Source of the DNA: Phycisphaerales bacterium
GTDB lineage: Bacteria; Planctomycetota; Phycisphaerae; Phycisphaerales; SM1A02
Length of the DNA stretch: 64,000 nucleotides
Direction of reading: 5' to 3'
Assembly (NCBI GenBank): GCA_030749435.1
Contig: JASMKH010000011.1
Location: 3,325 to 67,324, forward strand
Made by a program: the position numbers and the translations under genes. Position 1 is the first letter of the stretch, and the number at the start of each line of letters is the position of its first letter. Below, piece by piece: positions 9,953-19,479 of this stretch. The notes beneath the pieces were generated by a model, which searched no databases, was not told the origin of the DNA, and was given only the letters and a program-made list of their open reading frames with translations.

Positions 9953-11250
9953 CCAGTCTGGACGCAACGCATGACCCGGCTGCCCGCAGCTGGGTCGAAT
10001 CTGCCAACGAGGCGGGCTGCGACTTTCCGATTCAGAATCTGCCCTTCGGCGCTTTCTCGGGTGAGGGCGGTCAGGGGCGGATTGGTGTGGCGATCGGAAA
10101 CTGTGTGCTGGATGTGCCTGCGGCCATCGAGACGGAGTCGATTACGTTTGGTCCTGAGGTTGCCTGTGCGCTTTCGGCAGAGACGCTGAATGACTTCATG
10201 TCGCTCGGCCCTGCCGCCTGGAAGCGCGTGAGGGCCGCACTGTTTGCCATGCTTCACGAAGACGCGCCCCGGCAGGACCGACTGCTCCGGCCGATGGCCG
10301 AGACTTCCATGCGATTGCCTGCCGCGATCGGTGACTACACCGACTTCTACGCGGCCCGTCATCACGCGACCAACGTCGGCCGCATGTTTCGACCCGACGG
10401 CGAACCGCTCATGCCGAACTGGCTGCACCTGCCGGTCGGGTATCACGGTCGGGCGAGCAGCATCGTCGTCTCGGGCACCGACATTGTGAGGCCATACGGG
10501 CAGCTCCGGCCGGACGAGGGCCCGCCGGTGTTCGGTCCGTGCCAACTGCTCGACTACGAACTGGAGTTCGGCGCCTTTGTGGGTATCGGCAATGGGATGG
10601 GGACGCGGGTCGGCATTGGCGAAGCGAGCGAGCATCTGTTCGGAGTCGTGATTCTCAATGACTGGTCCGCCCGGGATGTGCAGAAGTGGGAGTATCAACC
10701 GCTCGGCCCGTTCAATGCCAAGAACTTTGCCAGCACGATCTCACCGTGGGTCGTCACGATGGAGGCATTGACGCCCTTCCGCGCCCACGGACCGGAGAGA
10801 GCCGCCGGTGACCCGCCGCTGCTGGACTACCTCACGCCCGCGCCCGGAAGCCGGGATTCGCTCGACGTTCAGGCGGAAGTGACGGTGTCATCAAAGGCGA
10901 TGCGCCGCGCTGGCACGCCGCCCATGCAACTCAGCCGTGGGACGCTTGCGGACCTCTCCTGGTCATTTGCCCAGATGCTGGCACACCACACAAGCACCGG
11001 CTGCCCGATGCATGCCGGCGACTTGCTTGGCAGCGGGACCGTCAGCGGTCCCGAAAAGAGCAGTCGCGGTTGCCTGCTGGAACTCACATGGCGCGGCACC
11101 GAGCCGATCGAGTTGCCGGACGGCACCCAGCGGAGGTTCCTCCAGGACGGCGATGAACTGACGATCAACGCGTGGTGCGAGTCGGACCGCGCTGCGCGAA
11201 TCGGTTTCGGTTCCTGCAGCGGTGTGATCCTCCCGCCGCAGGATTCCTGA
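9949..11250 (+). CDS. fahA: Fumarylacetoacetase
   Basis: N-terminal SWVESANEAGCDFPIQNLPFGAFS and a C-terminal FAH-fold region (GDLLGSGTVSG). Start placed at GTG 9949 (GTGA overlap); ORF track start 9892 is the alternative. Confidence 0.88.
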   Translation: MTSLDATHDPAARSWVESANEAGCDFPIQNLPFGAFSGEGGQGRIGVAIGNCVLDVPAAIETESITFGPEVACALSAETLNDFMSLGPAAWKRVRAALFAMLHEDAPRQDRLLRPMAETSMRLPAAIGDYTDFYAARHHATNVGRMFRPDGEPLMPNWLHLPVGYHGRASSIVVSGTDIVRPYGQLRPDEGPPVFGPCQLLDYELEFGAFVGIGNGMGTRVGIGEASEHLFGVVILNDWSARDVQKWEYQPLGPFNAKNFASTISPWVVTMEALTPFRAHGPERAAGDPPLLDYLTPAPGSRDSLDVQAEVTVSSKAMRRAGTPPMQLSRGTLADLSWSFAQMLAHHTSTGCPMHAGDLLGSGTVSGPEKSSRGCLLELTWRGTEPIELPDGTQRRFLQDGDELTINAWCESDRAARIGFGSCSGVILPPQDS

Positions 11251-11257
11251 ATGCTGC

Positions 11258-11620
11258 TCAGGGCGAGCCGGTCTGCATCAGGCAGTCCATTGGCGCTTCG
11301 TTGTAGAACGGGATACTCCAGGCACTCCCCCACGTCGCCTGCACTGCGCGGGTCGGTGGCCACGGGGTGCTGCCGTCACATGAACTCGTCCAGTTGGTGA
11401 GGACGGCCAGCAGGTCATCCGTGCCGACTACGCGGTCTCGGTTGCCGTCGCCCAGACAGTAGGGCTCCGACCACAGGTGAACAGGCCCTGAGCACTTTCG
11501 TCGACGGCCTGGCCGCCCACTGTGGAATCGATGCTCGGGGGCAGGTTGAGCGACCCGGTGAAGAAGTCCAGGCGGCAATCGCTGGCGGTCCGCAACCCAT
11601 CCGGTCGCAACAGGAGCGAT
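11258..11620 (-). pseudogene. Possible decayed remnant of a dockerin-like (GC-type dockerin?) anchored protein
   Basis: Two minus-strand frames carry fragments: ...CRLDFFTGSLNL... (ORF 11428..11697) and ...YCLGDGNRDRVVGTDDLLAVLTNWTSSC... (ORF 11258..11578, TTG start). There is no convincing start or RBS. It lies in a 370-nt gap after hmgA. Confidence 0.3.
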
Positions 11621-12838
11621 TCAGGAAGTGCCGACCGGATTGCCGACCGGAATCGGCTTCCAGTCCGCCCAGGACTCCGGGTAGTCGGCATCATCAATCT
11701 CCAGAGCCGCCGCCGTGGGGTAGAGCGGTCTGAAGGTATCGCACATGACGACGAGTTCGTCCGTGTAGGTCTGGTCGAGTGTGTTCTCGACGGTGCCAGG
11801 GTGCGGCCCGTGTGGGATGCCCTGGGGGTGCATCGTGATCGATCCCTCCGAGATGCCTCGCCGCGCGGTGTACTTGCTGTCGCAGTAGTACATCACTTCG
11901 TCGCTGTCGACATTACTGTGGTTGTAGGGGACCTTGATCGCTTCCGGATGGAAGTCGAGCATCCGTGGGCAGAAGGCGCATATGACGAAGCCGCCACCGG
12001 CGAACACCTGATGCGTCGGTGGGGGCATGTGGTGCTTCGCAACGATTGGGCTGAAGTCGTCTGCGTTGAAGCAGTAGGGGTAGTAGCAGCCGTCCCACCC
12101 GACGATATCGAGCGGGTGGTACGGATACGTGTATGAATGCACGCTGTTGACCGCCTTGATGCGGACCTCAAAGTCGCCCAACTCGTCGTAGGCCAGAGGC
12201 ATCTCCGGGATGCGAAGGTCGCGCTCGCAGTAGGGCGCATGCTCGAGAAACTGTGAGGTCTTCTCGGCGACGTAGCGTTTCGGGGGCAGTATGTGCGAGG
12301 CGTTGGCCGTCTCGATGCAGAGGAAGCGGTCGTTCGGCGCGTCCTCGTCTGTCGGGTCGAAGACCATTCGATAGATCGTCCCCTTGGGGATCACGACGAA
12401 GTCGTGGGGGCCGAACTTGAGCGTTCCGAACATTGTGTAGAGCATGCCCGTGCCGTGGTGAATGTAGAGGCACTCATCGCCCTGGCTGTTCTTGAAGTGG
12501 TAGTCCATGGGCTCGTTCGGCACGCAGATGCCGATTTCACAATCGGCATTCCCGAAGAGCACCGTCCGCCCCGTGATGGGGTCGCCCTTGGGCTTTCGGT
12601 CCATCGACTTGAGGTGGCGCATCCGCATGACGTTTGACTCGAGGTAATCAACCTTGGTCGAGTACTCGCACGTCCATCCTGTCACTTGGGTCGGCGGGTG
12701 GATGTGATACATCGTTGACGTCGGCCCGTCGAAGCCTTCGGTTCCGAAGACCTCTTCCGAATACAGCACGCCGTCAGGGCGCCTGAACTGAATGTGACGC
12801 TTCGGGGGAATCTCGCCGAGTGCGGTGTAGTAGGGCAT
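11621..12838 (-). CDS. hmgA: Homogentisate 1,2-dioxygenase
   Basis: MPYYTALGEIPPKRHIQF..., ...HMPPPTHQVF...FHPEAIKVPYNHSNVDSDEVMYY. Start taken at the MPYY Met (12838). Confidence 0.9.
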   Translation of the reverse strand: MPYYTALGEIPPKRHIQFRRPDGVLYSEEVFGTEGFDGPTSTMYHIHPPTQVTGWTCEYSTKVDYLESNVMRMRHLKSMDRKPKGDPITGRTVLFGNADCEIGICVPNEPMDYHFKNSQGDECLYIHHGTGMLYTMFGTLKFGPHDFVVIPKGTIYRMVFDPTDEDAPNDRFLCIETANASHILPPKRYVAEKTSQFLEHAPYCERDLRIPEMPLAYDELGDFEVRIKAVNSVHSYTYPYHPLDIVGWDGCYYPYCFNADDFSPIVAKHHMPPPTHQVFAGGGFVICAFCPRMLDFHPEAIKVPYNHSNVDSDEVMYYCDSKYTARRGISEGSITMHPQGIPHGPHPGTVENTLDQTYTDELVVMCDTFRPLYPTAAALEIDDADYPESWADWKPIPVGNPVGTS

Positions 12839-12939
12839 CCTCAACCTCCAAGTCCGGATTGTACAGAGGATCGTCCCCTTCACGGCGCATCTCCGCCGGG
12901 CATCGCATATCACGCCTTCGGGCGGATACGCTCTCCGGC

Positions 12940-14130
12940 ATGCTTCACATCGCTGTCGTCTCGACCTCTCGCGCCGACTGGGGGCACGTCGAACCCGTGC
13001 TCAGGGCAGTGCTGGCCAGAAACGGCTGTCGCGCCTCGCTGCTGGTGGGAGGGGCGCACATGGAGCCTCGGTTCGGCCAGACCGAGAAGGCCATCCAGGA
13101 GGCCGGATATGGCATCGAGGCCAGGATTCCCTTTCTGGCAGGGGACGACTCGGACCGCGGCATGGGCGAGGGGATTGGCCGGGCGGTTCTCGGATTCACC
13201 GAGGCGCTCGACCGGCTGCGGCCAGACCTGCTGCTGCTCATTGCCGATCGCTTCGAGATGCTGGCGCCGGCGGCCGCAGCGATGGCGCTTCGCATTCCAA
13301 TCGCGCATATCGAGGGCGGCGAGATCAGCGAAGGGGCGATCGATCAGCAGGTGCGTGATGCCCTCACCAAGATGAGCCACCTGCATCTGGTGCCCACGCA
13401 GGACGCTGCGGACCGCGTGATCGCGATGGGGGAGGAACCATGGCGTGTCCACGTAACGGGGGCGCCATCGCTCGATCACCTGCGGCTCGACGTGATTCCG
13501 CGCCGGGAGGGCGTGGAAGCGGCCGTCGGCATGGCGCTCGATCCCGCCCCCATTGTCGTGGCCTTTCATCCGACGACCATGCGCCGTGACACGGTGGACG
13601 AAGCGGTAGCCTTCTTTGAGGCGATCGAGCAGGCGACGTCGCCGCTGGTCTTCTGCTTTCCGAATGCCGACGCCGGGTACACACGCATCATCACGATGGC
13701 CGAAGGCATCTGCGACCGCCGAGACGACGCGGTGCTGAGGGTCAACCTCGATCACCTGCACTACTGGGGGCTGCTCCAGCACGCGGCGTGTCTGGCGGGG
13801 AACTCCAGCAGTGGCATCATGGAAGCCGCATCGCTCGAACTGCCCGTCGTCAATGTCGGCATCCGCCAGCAGGGCCGTACCCGCGCGGCAAACATCATCG
13901 ATGCGCCTGCGGAGAAAGGGGCCATTCAATCCGCGATTGCCGAGGCCACGGCACCATCGTTCCGCGCATCACTCACCGGGCTGGTGAATCCGTACGGTGA
14001 TGGCCACGCCGCCGAGGCGATCGTCGAGGCGCTCACCACACAGGCCTGGGGCCCGCAGATGCTGCTCAAGGCGTGCGGTGAGCAGGCAGCGCCCCCAATC
14101 GGTCACGCGATGGCTCCACAGCAGGCATGA
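12940..14130 (+). CDS. neuC: UDP-N-acetylglucosamine 2-epimerase (hydrolysing), NeuC-like
   Basis: MLHIAVVSTSRADWGH..., ADRFEMLAPAAAAMALRIPIAHIEGGEISEGAIDQQVRDALTKMSHLHL is typical of the NeuC/epimerase_2 family. Start at ATG 12940. Confidence 0.75.
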   Translation: MLHIAVVSTSRADWGHVEPVLRAVLARNGCRASLLVGGAHMEPRFGQTEKAIQEAGYGIEARIPFLAGDDSDRGMGEGIGRAVLGFTEALDRLRPDLLLLIADRFEMLAPAAAAMALRIPIAHIEGGEISEGAIDQQVRDALTKMSHLHLVPTQDAADRVIAMGEEPWRVHVTGAPSLDHLRLDVIPRREGVEAAVGMALDPAPIVVAFHPTTMRRDTVDEAVAFFEAIEQATSPLVFCFPNADAGYTRIITMAEGICDRRDDAVLRVNLDHLHYWGLLQHAACLAGNSSSGIMEAASLELPVVNVGIRQQGRTRAANIIDAPAEKGAIQSAIAEATAPSFRASLTGLVNPYGDGHAAEAIVEALTTQAWGPQMLLKACGEQAAPPIGHAMAPQQA

Positions 14131-14143
14131 CCGCCGGTGGTGG

Positions 14144-15337
14144 CTACAGGTTTCCGCGCCGCTCCTGCTCCAGTTCCAGCGACTCGAAGAGGGCCTTGAA
14201 GTTGCCCTTGCCGAAGGACTGACTCCCGCGGCGGCCGATGATCTCGAAGAAGAGCGTGGGGCGGTCCTGCAGCGGTTTGGTGAAGAGTTGCAGCAGGTAA
14301 CCCTGATCGTCGGCGTCGACGAGGATGCCGAGGTCCTTGATCCGCTCATGATCCTCGCGGACAGCATCGTGGCCGTGTTCGGTCAGCGTCCGGTCGACCC
14401 GACTCCAGACCGACTCGTAGTACTCGTCCGGAATGCGCAGGAAGTCCACGCCGCGGCGACGGAGCTCGGCGACCGATTCGACGCAGTCGTTGGTGCGGAA
14501 CGCGAGGTGCTGTACACCGGGAGTCATGTCGTGCCACTCCAGGTACTCCTGGATCTGGCTCTTCTTCTTTCCGACGGCTGGCTCGTTGATCGGAAACTTG
14601 ATGAGATTGTTGCCCGACGCCATGACCTTGGACATCAGCGCCGAGTGTTCGGTGGAGATGTCCTCGTCATCAAAGTGCTTGAACATCGCGAATCCGAGGG
14701 TGTTCTCGTACCAGGACACCCAGTGATTCATCTTTCCCTCGTCGACGTTGCCGACGCAGTGGTCCAGAAACATCAACCCACATGGATGCGCTCGGTTGTA
14801 CGTGTTCACCGAGAGGTCATCGACCCGCCGGAACCCTGGCTCGAAGTCGCCACCCTTCTTGACGTTGGCGATGTCATACTCGCCGGTTCGACTGACGAAC
14901 GAGTGAACCGCGCGGCCGTAGGTCTTGATGCCCGCCGTCGTGACGGTGCCCCGGTCATCGGAGATCGTGATGGGCTCGTATGCAGGTTCAGCGCCGTTGG
15001 CAATGGCCTGATTCCATGCGAGCTCGGCGTCGGCGACGGTGAACGCGATGTCCTTGACGCCGTCGCCGTATCGTTGAATCTCCTCGGAGGCGGGATCACG
15101 CTTGGACAGCGGCGTCTCCAGAAGCAGGCGTATATTGCCCTGTGTCAGCAGGTATCGCGCGCGGTCGCGACTTCCCGTCGTGAGGTCCGCCATCTGTTCG
15201 ATGATGAACCCGAATGTATGGGCGTAGAAGAAGGCTGCCTGCTTGGCGTTGCCGACGAAGAAGCGAACGTGATCGACATCGATCAGATCGAGCGGGTCGG
15301 CGGCGGTGTCCGCCTGCGAGAGGTGTGCAGTGGTCAT
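14144..15337 (-). CDS. hppD: 4-hydroxyphenylpyruvate dioxygenase
   Basis: IDHVRFFVGNAKQAAFFYAHTFGF, ...GVQHLAFRTNDCVESV..., and a C-terminal FGKGNFKALFESLELEQ typical of HPPD. Confidence 0.9.
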   Translation of the reverse strand: MTTAHLSQADTAADPLDLIDVDHVRFFVGNAKQAAFFYAHTFGFIIEQMADLTTGSRDRARYLLTQGNIRLLLETPLSKRDPASEEIQRYGDGVKDIAFTVADAELAWNQAIANGAEPAYEPITISDDRGTVTTAGIKTYGRAVHSFVSRTGEYDIANVKKGGDFEPGFRRVDDLSVNTYNRAHPCGLMFLDHCVGNVDEGKMNHWVSWYENTLGFAMFKHFDDEDISTEHSALMSKVMASGNNLIKFPINEPAVGKKKSQIQEYLEWHDMTPGVQHLAFRTNDCVESVAELRRRGVDFLRIPDEYYESVWSRVDRTLTEHGHDAVREDHERIKDLGILVDADDQGYLLQLFTKPLQDRPTLFFEIIGRRGSQSFGKGNFKALFESLELEQERRGNL

Positions 15338-15455
15338 GTCGTGGCTCCGTGTGGGGTCCCCCTTCCTGAACAGGGAACGCCCCGATGAGCCCTCCATGAT
15401 ACCGCAATCCAAATCGTCGCAACCCGGCGAATTGGTTCCGGCTCCTGTCGGTGGA

Positions 15456-15974
15456 TCAATACTTCAGGACGCTGTGAACCTGCCGAGGCGCGATTTTGGC
15501 GGCACCACCGAGCGAGCACAGTTCAATGAGCACGGTGATGCCGACGAGCTCACCGCCGAGGGCGTCGATGAGTTGGCAGCTCGCCTCCATGGTGCCGCCG
15601 GTGGCGATGAGGTCGTCCACCAGAAGCACCCGCTGCCCGGGAGAAACGGCGTCGGCGTGGATCTCAAGCGTGTCGCTGCCATACTCAAGGTCGTACGCGC
15701 GGGACTCGGTGGTCCCGGGAAGTTTCCCTGGCTTGCGGATGGGCACGAATCCCGCATTCAAGGCCCGGGCGAGCAGCGTGCCGAAGATGAAGCCGCGTGA
15801 TTCGGCACCTACAACAATGTCAATATCCGCGTGTCTGAACGGATTGACCATCAACTCGGCCGCGAGCGCGAGACCGGCACGGTCCCGAAGGAGCGGCGTG
15901 ATGTCGCGAAACAGCACCCCCTCCTGCGGGTAGTCGGAGATGTCGCGGACGAGCGAACGAAGGCGTTCCGGCAT
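15456..15974 (-). CDS. apt: Adenine phosphoribosyltransferase
   Basis: IRDISDYPQEGVLFRDITPLL, VVGAESRGFIFG, VLLVDDLIATGGT (PRPP-binding motif). Confidence 0.92.
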   Translation of the reverse strand: MPERLRSLVRDISDYPQEGVLFRDITPLLRDRAGLALAAELMVNPFRHADIDIVVGAESRGFIFGTLLARALNAGFVPIRKPGKLPGTTESRAYDLEYGSDTLEIHADAVSPGQRVLLVDDLIATGGTMEASCQLIDALGGELVGITVLIELCSLGGAAKIAPRQVHSVLKY

Positions 15975-16018
15975 GCAAGGCTCCTTCCAGTCGCCGGGGA
16001 TCGTAGAATGTGCCAGCC

Positions 16019-16336
16019 ATGTCTGCCAAGAAGACGACAGCAAAGATGGAGATCGTTGAGCCGCTGGGTCTGCGGGTCCTCCTCCGGAAGGATGAGGACC
16101 GCAAGACGACGAAGGCCGGCATCCACCTTCCGGACAAGATCGAGATTCCGACCATCACCGGGCGGGTGGTGGCCGTGAGCGGGCAGATCGAATCGGACGA
16201 CGATTGGCCGATCGCCCAATATGACAAGGTGCTGTTCAATCCGAAGCGGGCCGTTCCAGTCGACTTCGAGGGAGATAACCGGCTCTTCGTCGTTCCGGTC
16301 GAGGACATCGTCGCCGTCTTCCGTCGGGGTGGCTGA
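16019..16336 (+). CDS. groES: GroES-family co-chaperonin-like protein (no groEL adjacent)
   Basis: MEIVEPLGLRVLLRK...TKAGIHLPD...GRVVAVS...VVPVEDIVAVF follows the Cpn10 pattern. Possible starts are GTG 16010, ATG 16019 and ATG 16046. Confidence 0.7.
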   Translation: MSAKKTTAKMEIVEPLGLRVLLRKDEDRKTTKAGIHLPDKIEIPTITGRVVAVSGQIESDDDWPIAQYDKVLFNPKRAVPVDFEGDNRLFVVPVEDIVAVFRRGG

Positions 16337-16339
16337 GCG

Positions 16340-17665
16340 ATGATGCAGACCCTCGACCCGATGCCGGTGCCGGCGTGCGTCGGCCCGAGGCGCGTGACTA
16401 TTCGCGTGCCGGGGTCCAAGAGCATCTCATGCCGCGCCATCGTGTTGGCGTGCCTCGCCGAAGGCACCTCGCACCTGCGGGGACTGCTTCGGGGCGACGA
16501 CACCGATGCGCTTGCGAAGGCCTTGTCCAGTCTTGGCGTGGACATCGTGCTCGATGGATCGACTGCGACGATCGATGGAGGCGGCCCGCTTGTCGGAGGA
16601 GGTCGGACGCTCGACCTGGGGCATGGAGGAACACCGGCGCGGTTCATGTTGGCCGCCGCAAGCCTCGCCGAGGGCGACACCGTGATCGACGGCAGCGGGC
16701 GGCTCCGCGAACGGCCCATGAAGGACCTGATTGATCTGCTGACGACGCTCGGCGTGGAGGTGCAGGGCGAGGGCGATCACCTGCCGATTCGCGTGCGCGG
16801 CAACGTCTGGTGCCGGCGAACGCTCGACGTCGGCCGCACCGCCTCCAGCCAGTTTCTCTCGGCCTTGCTGCTTGTGGCGCCGCGGATGCCGGACGGCATT
16901 GAGTTGCGACTGACCGAGGCGCCGACCAGCGCGCCCTATCTGGCGATGACGATTGCGGAACTGCGGCGATGGGGCGTCGAAGTGAACACGGGATATGGCC
17001 ATGGGTTCGCCGCGACGATCAGCGTCACGCCTGGGGCGATCAGTCCCCACGATCGGTACATTCCGGCAGACGCCAGTTCGGCACTCTTCTGGGCGGTGGC
17101 GGCGGCCATCACTCCGGGGACGACGCTCCTCCTGCCTGGTGTTGCAATCGGTGAGGGCCAACCCGACGCCGCGGCATTCCCCGTGCTTGCTGAAATGGGA
17201 CTTCGTATCGAGCAGGTCGAAGGGGGCGTGAGACTCTTCTCACCGCTCACGCTTCGCTCGGTCGGTCTGATCGACTGCTGCAACATGCCCGATGCGGCGC
17301 CGGCACTGGCAGTCGCTGCATGCATGGCCGATGCGCCTACCAGGCTGACGGGGCTGGACACCCTCCGGAGCAAGGAATCCGATCGAATCGAGGCGATCGC
17401 CTCGGAACTCACTCGCGCCGGCGCGGGTGTGGAGGTGGCCGGGGACGATCTTCACATCATCCCCAGGCCGCTCCCCGAAACCCCGATCACCATGCAGGCC
17501 TGGCAGGACCACCGGATTGCCATGGCCATGGCGGTGCTGGGCCTCCGGCGGGGCGGCGTGTCAATCGCCGATCCTGGATGCGTGGCGAAGAGTTACCCCG
17601 CTTTCTGGGACGATCTGGCACACTTTGCCGCAGCGACGGGCAGCGGGGATACTGCGCAGCCATGA
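16340..17665 (+). CDS. aroA: 3-phosphoshikimate 1-carboxyvinyltransferase (EPSP synthase)
   Basis: VPGSKSISCRAIVLACLAEG, ...LGHGGTPARF..., ...SKESDRIEA..., DHRIAMAMAVLG. Confidence 0.92.
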   Translation: MMQTLDPMPVPACVGPRRVTIRVPGSKSISCRAIVLACLAEGTSHLRGLLRGDDTDALAKALSSLGVDIVLDGSTATIDGGGPLVGGGRTLDLGHGGTPARFMLAAASLAEGDTVIDGSGRLRERPMKDLIDLLTTLGVEVQGEGDHLPIRVRGNVWCRRTLDVGRTASSQFLSALLLVAPRMPDGIELRLTEAPTSAPYLAMTIAELRRWGVEVNTGYGHGFAATISVTPGAISPHDRYIPADASSALFWAVAAAITPGTTLLLPGVAIGEGQPDAAAFPVLAEMGLRIEQVEGGVRLFSPLTLRSVGLIDCCNMPDAAPALAVAACMADAPTRLTGLDTLRSKESDRIEAIASELTRAGAGVEVAGDDLHIIPRPLPETPITMQAWQDHRIAMAMAVLGLRRGGVSIADPGCVAKSYPAFWDDLAHFAAATGSGDTAQP

Positions 17666-19479
17666 GACCGTTCTGGCACATCGCGCGGCGGATGCTGATT
17701 CGGCGGGGCATGCTGATCTCGGCCTTGCTGCTGGCTTTCATCTCGGCGGCAGGGCTCGGGATCGGGCTGCTCAGCCTCGGCCCGATGCTCGAGCAGATCC
17801 TCCACCCGGAGACGGGCCATGGCCTGCGGGCCATGGCGGAAGAGGCCAACGCCGCCGGCGGTTTCTGGCACATCCCCGACGGGATCGTCGGCATGCTGCC
17901 AGCGGATCGGTTCAACGGCGTGCTGCTGCTGATTGTCGTCATCTGGTGCCTCACGATCCTGGGCGCGACGGCGAACTTCCTGCATCAGTACCTCAGCCAG
18001 ACGCTGGCGACGATCACCATCGCCGATGTGCGGAGGGATCTCTTCGACCACGTGCTGCGTCTTCCCCTCTCACGGGTGGCCGGGCAAGGGTCCAGCGAGT
18101 ACACCGCGCGGATCATTCGCGACACCGCCGGGCTTGAGGCGGGCTTCATTGGCTTGCTCGGCAAATCCGTCGCGCAGATCAGCAAGGGTGTGGCGGCACT
18201 TGTGGTCGCCGTCATCTTCGACTGGAAGATCGTTGTTGTTGCGTGCCTCGTCGCGCCGATTCTGGCAGTGACGCTTCGAAAGATAGCCAAGCGGATCCGC
18301 CGCGGGTCGCGAGGTTCGCTCGCCGCGCAGCAGGACCTCCTTCGACTGGCAGGCGAGCGGATTCAGGGATTGAGGGCCGTCAAGACCAGCACGGCAGAGC
18401 AGACTGCGGCCGAACAATTCGACGAAGCGAATGCTCGCGTTGTTCACAATGAACTTCGCATGCGGACCGCCAAGGCCATGAGCAGTCCGATCATGGAGAC
18501 GCTGGCGATCTTCGTGCTCGGATCGCTGGCGCTGCTGGCAGCCAACAGTATTCTGAGTGGAAGCCTTCCCTTCGAGCGATTCCTGCTCTCGGTCGGCGCA
18601 CTGGCAGTCGCAGGCGCATCATTCAGGCCCCTGGCAAACATCGTCAATGACATCAGCGCCGCGTCCGCCCCTGCGAAGCGGATTCTTGACGTGCTCGGCG
18701 AGTCGACCGAGCCAGACGGCAGCACGCCGCTTTCGCGGCACGAGGGACTGCTGGAACTGCGGTCCGTGTCGTTTGCCTATCCCGGCGCAGCCACGCCGTC
18801 GGTTCGGGACGTGAGCCTCACCGTGAGGTTTGGCGAACACGTCGCCGTTGTCGGTCCGAACGGATCTGGGAAGACGACGCTGCTCAGTCTGGTGCCCCGC
18901 CTGCTCGTGCCGACCAGCGGTGAAGTGCTGATCGACGGGCAGGACATCGCAGACGCACGCCTCACCGATCTGCGGCGACAGATTGCGGTCGTGACGCAGG
19001 AGCCGTTCATCATGCGCGGCACAATTGCTGAGAACATTGCGTTCGGAGTGCCGGATGCAAGCGATGCGGACATCCGGGAGGCTGCCAAGGCGAGCTGTGC
19101 GGCTGGCTTCATCGAGTCGCTGCCGAACGGCTATCAGTCGGTCATCGCGGAGCATGGAGCGACCCTCTCGGGTGGGCAGCGACAACGTCTCGCCATCGCG
19201 CGGGCGCTGCTCCGCAGTCCTTCAATCCTGATTCTTGATGAGGCCACCAGTCAGGTGGACAGTGAGTCGGAAGCGGCGATTGCCGAGGCCATCAGAGGCG
19301 TGAGCGACTGCACCGTGCTCGTGATTGCGCACCGCCTGACGACGGTGCTCGAGTGCAGTCGAATCGTCGTGATGGATGAAGGGGCCGTCGTGGACTGCGC
19401 TTCGCACGATGATCTGCTTGCCCGATGCAGCCTCTACGAGCGGCTCATCAGGACGCAGCTCGTGGCGGTGGAGTCGTGA
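17662..19479 (+). CDS. ABC transporter permease/ATP-binding fusion (MsbA/exporter type)
   Basis: ATG 17662 overlaps the aroA stop (ATGA). Six-TM N-domain, Walker A GPNGSGKTT, signature LSGGQRQR, Walker B ILILDEATS. Confidence 0.88.
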   Translation: MRPFWHIARRMLIRRGMLISALLLAFISAAGLGIGLLSLGPMLEQILHPETGHGLRAMAEEANAAGGFWHIPDGIVGMLPADRFNGVLLLIVVIWCLTILGATANFLHQYLSQTLATITIADVRRDLFDHVLRLPLSRVAGQGSSEYTARIIRDTAGLEAGFIGLLGKSVAQISKGVAALVVAVIFDWKIVVVACLVAPILAVTLRKIAKRIRRGSRGSLAAQQDLLRLAGERIQGLRAVKTSTAEQTAAEQFDEANARVVHNELRMRTAKAMSSPIMETLAIFVLGSLALLAANSILSGSLPFERFLLSVGALAVAGASFRPLANIVNDISAASAPAKRILDVLGESTEPDGSTPLSRHEGLLELRSVSFAYPGAATPSVRDVSLTVRFGEHVAVVGPNGSGKTTLLSLVPRLLVPTSGEVLIDGQDIADARLTDLRRQIAVVTQEPFIMRGTIAENIAFGVPDASDADIREAAKASCAAGFIESLPNGYQSVIAEHGATLSGGQRQRLAIARALLRSPSILILDEATSQVDSESEAAIAEAIRGVSDCTVLVIAHRLTTVLECSRIVVMDEGAVVDCASHDDLLARCSLYERLIRTQLVAVES

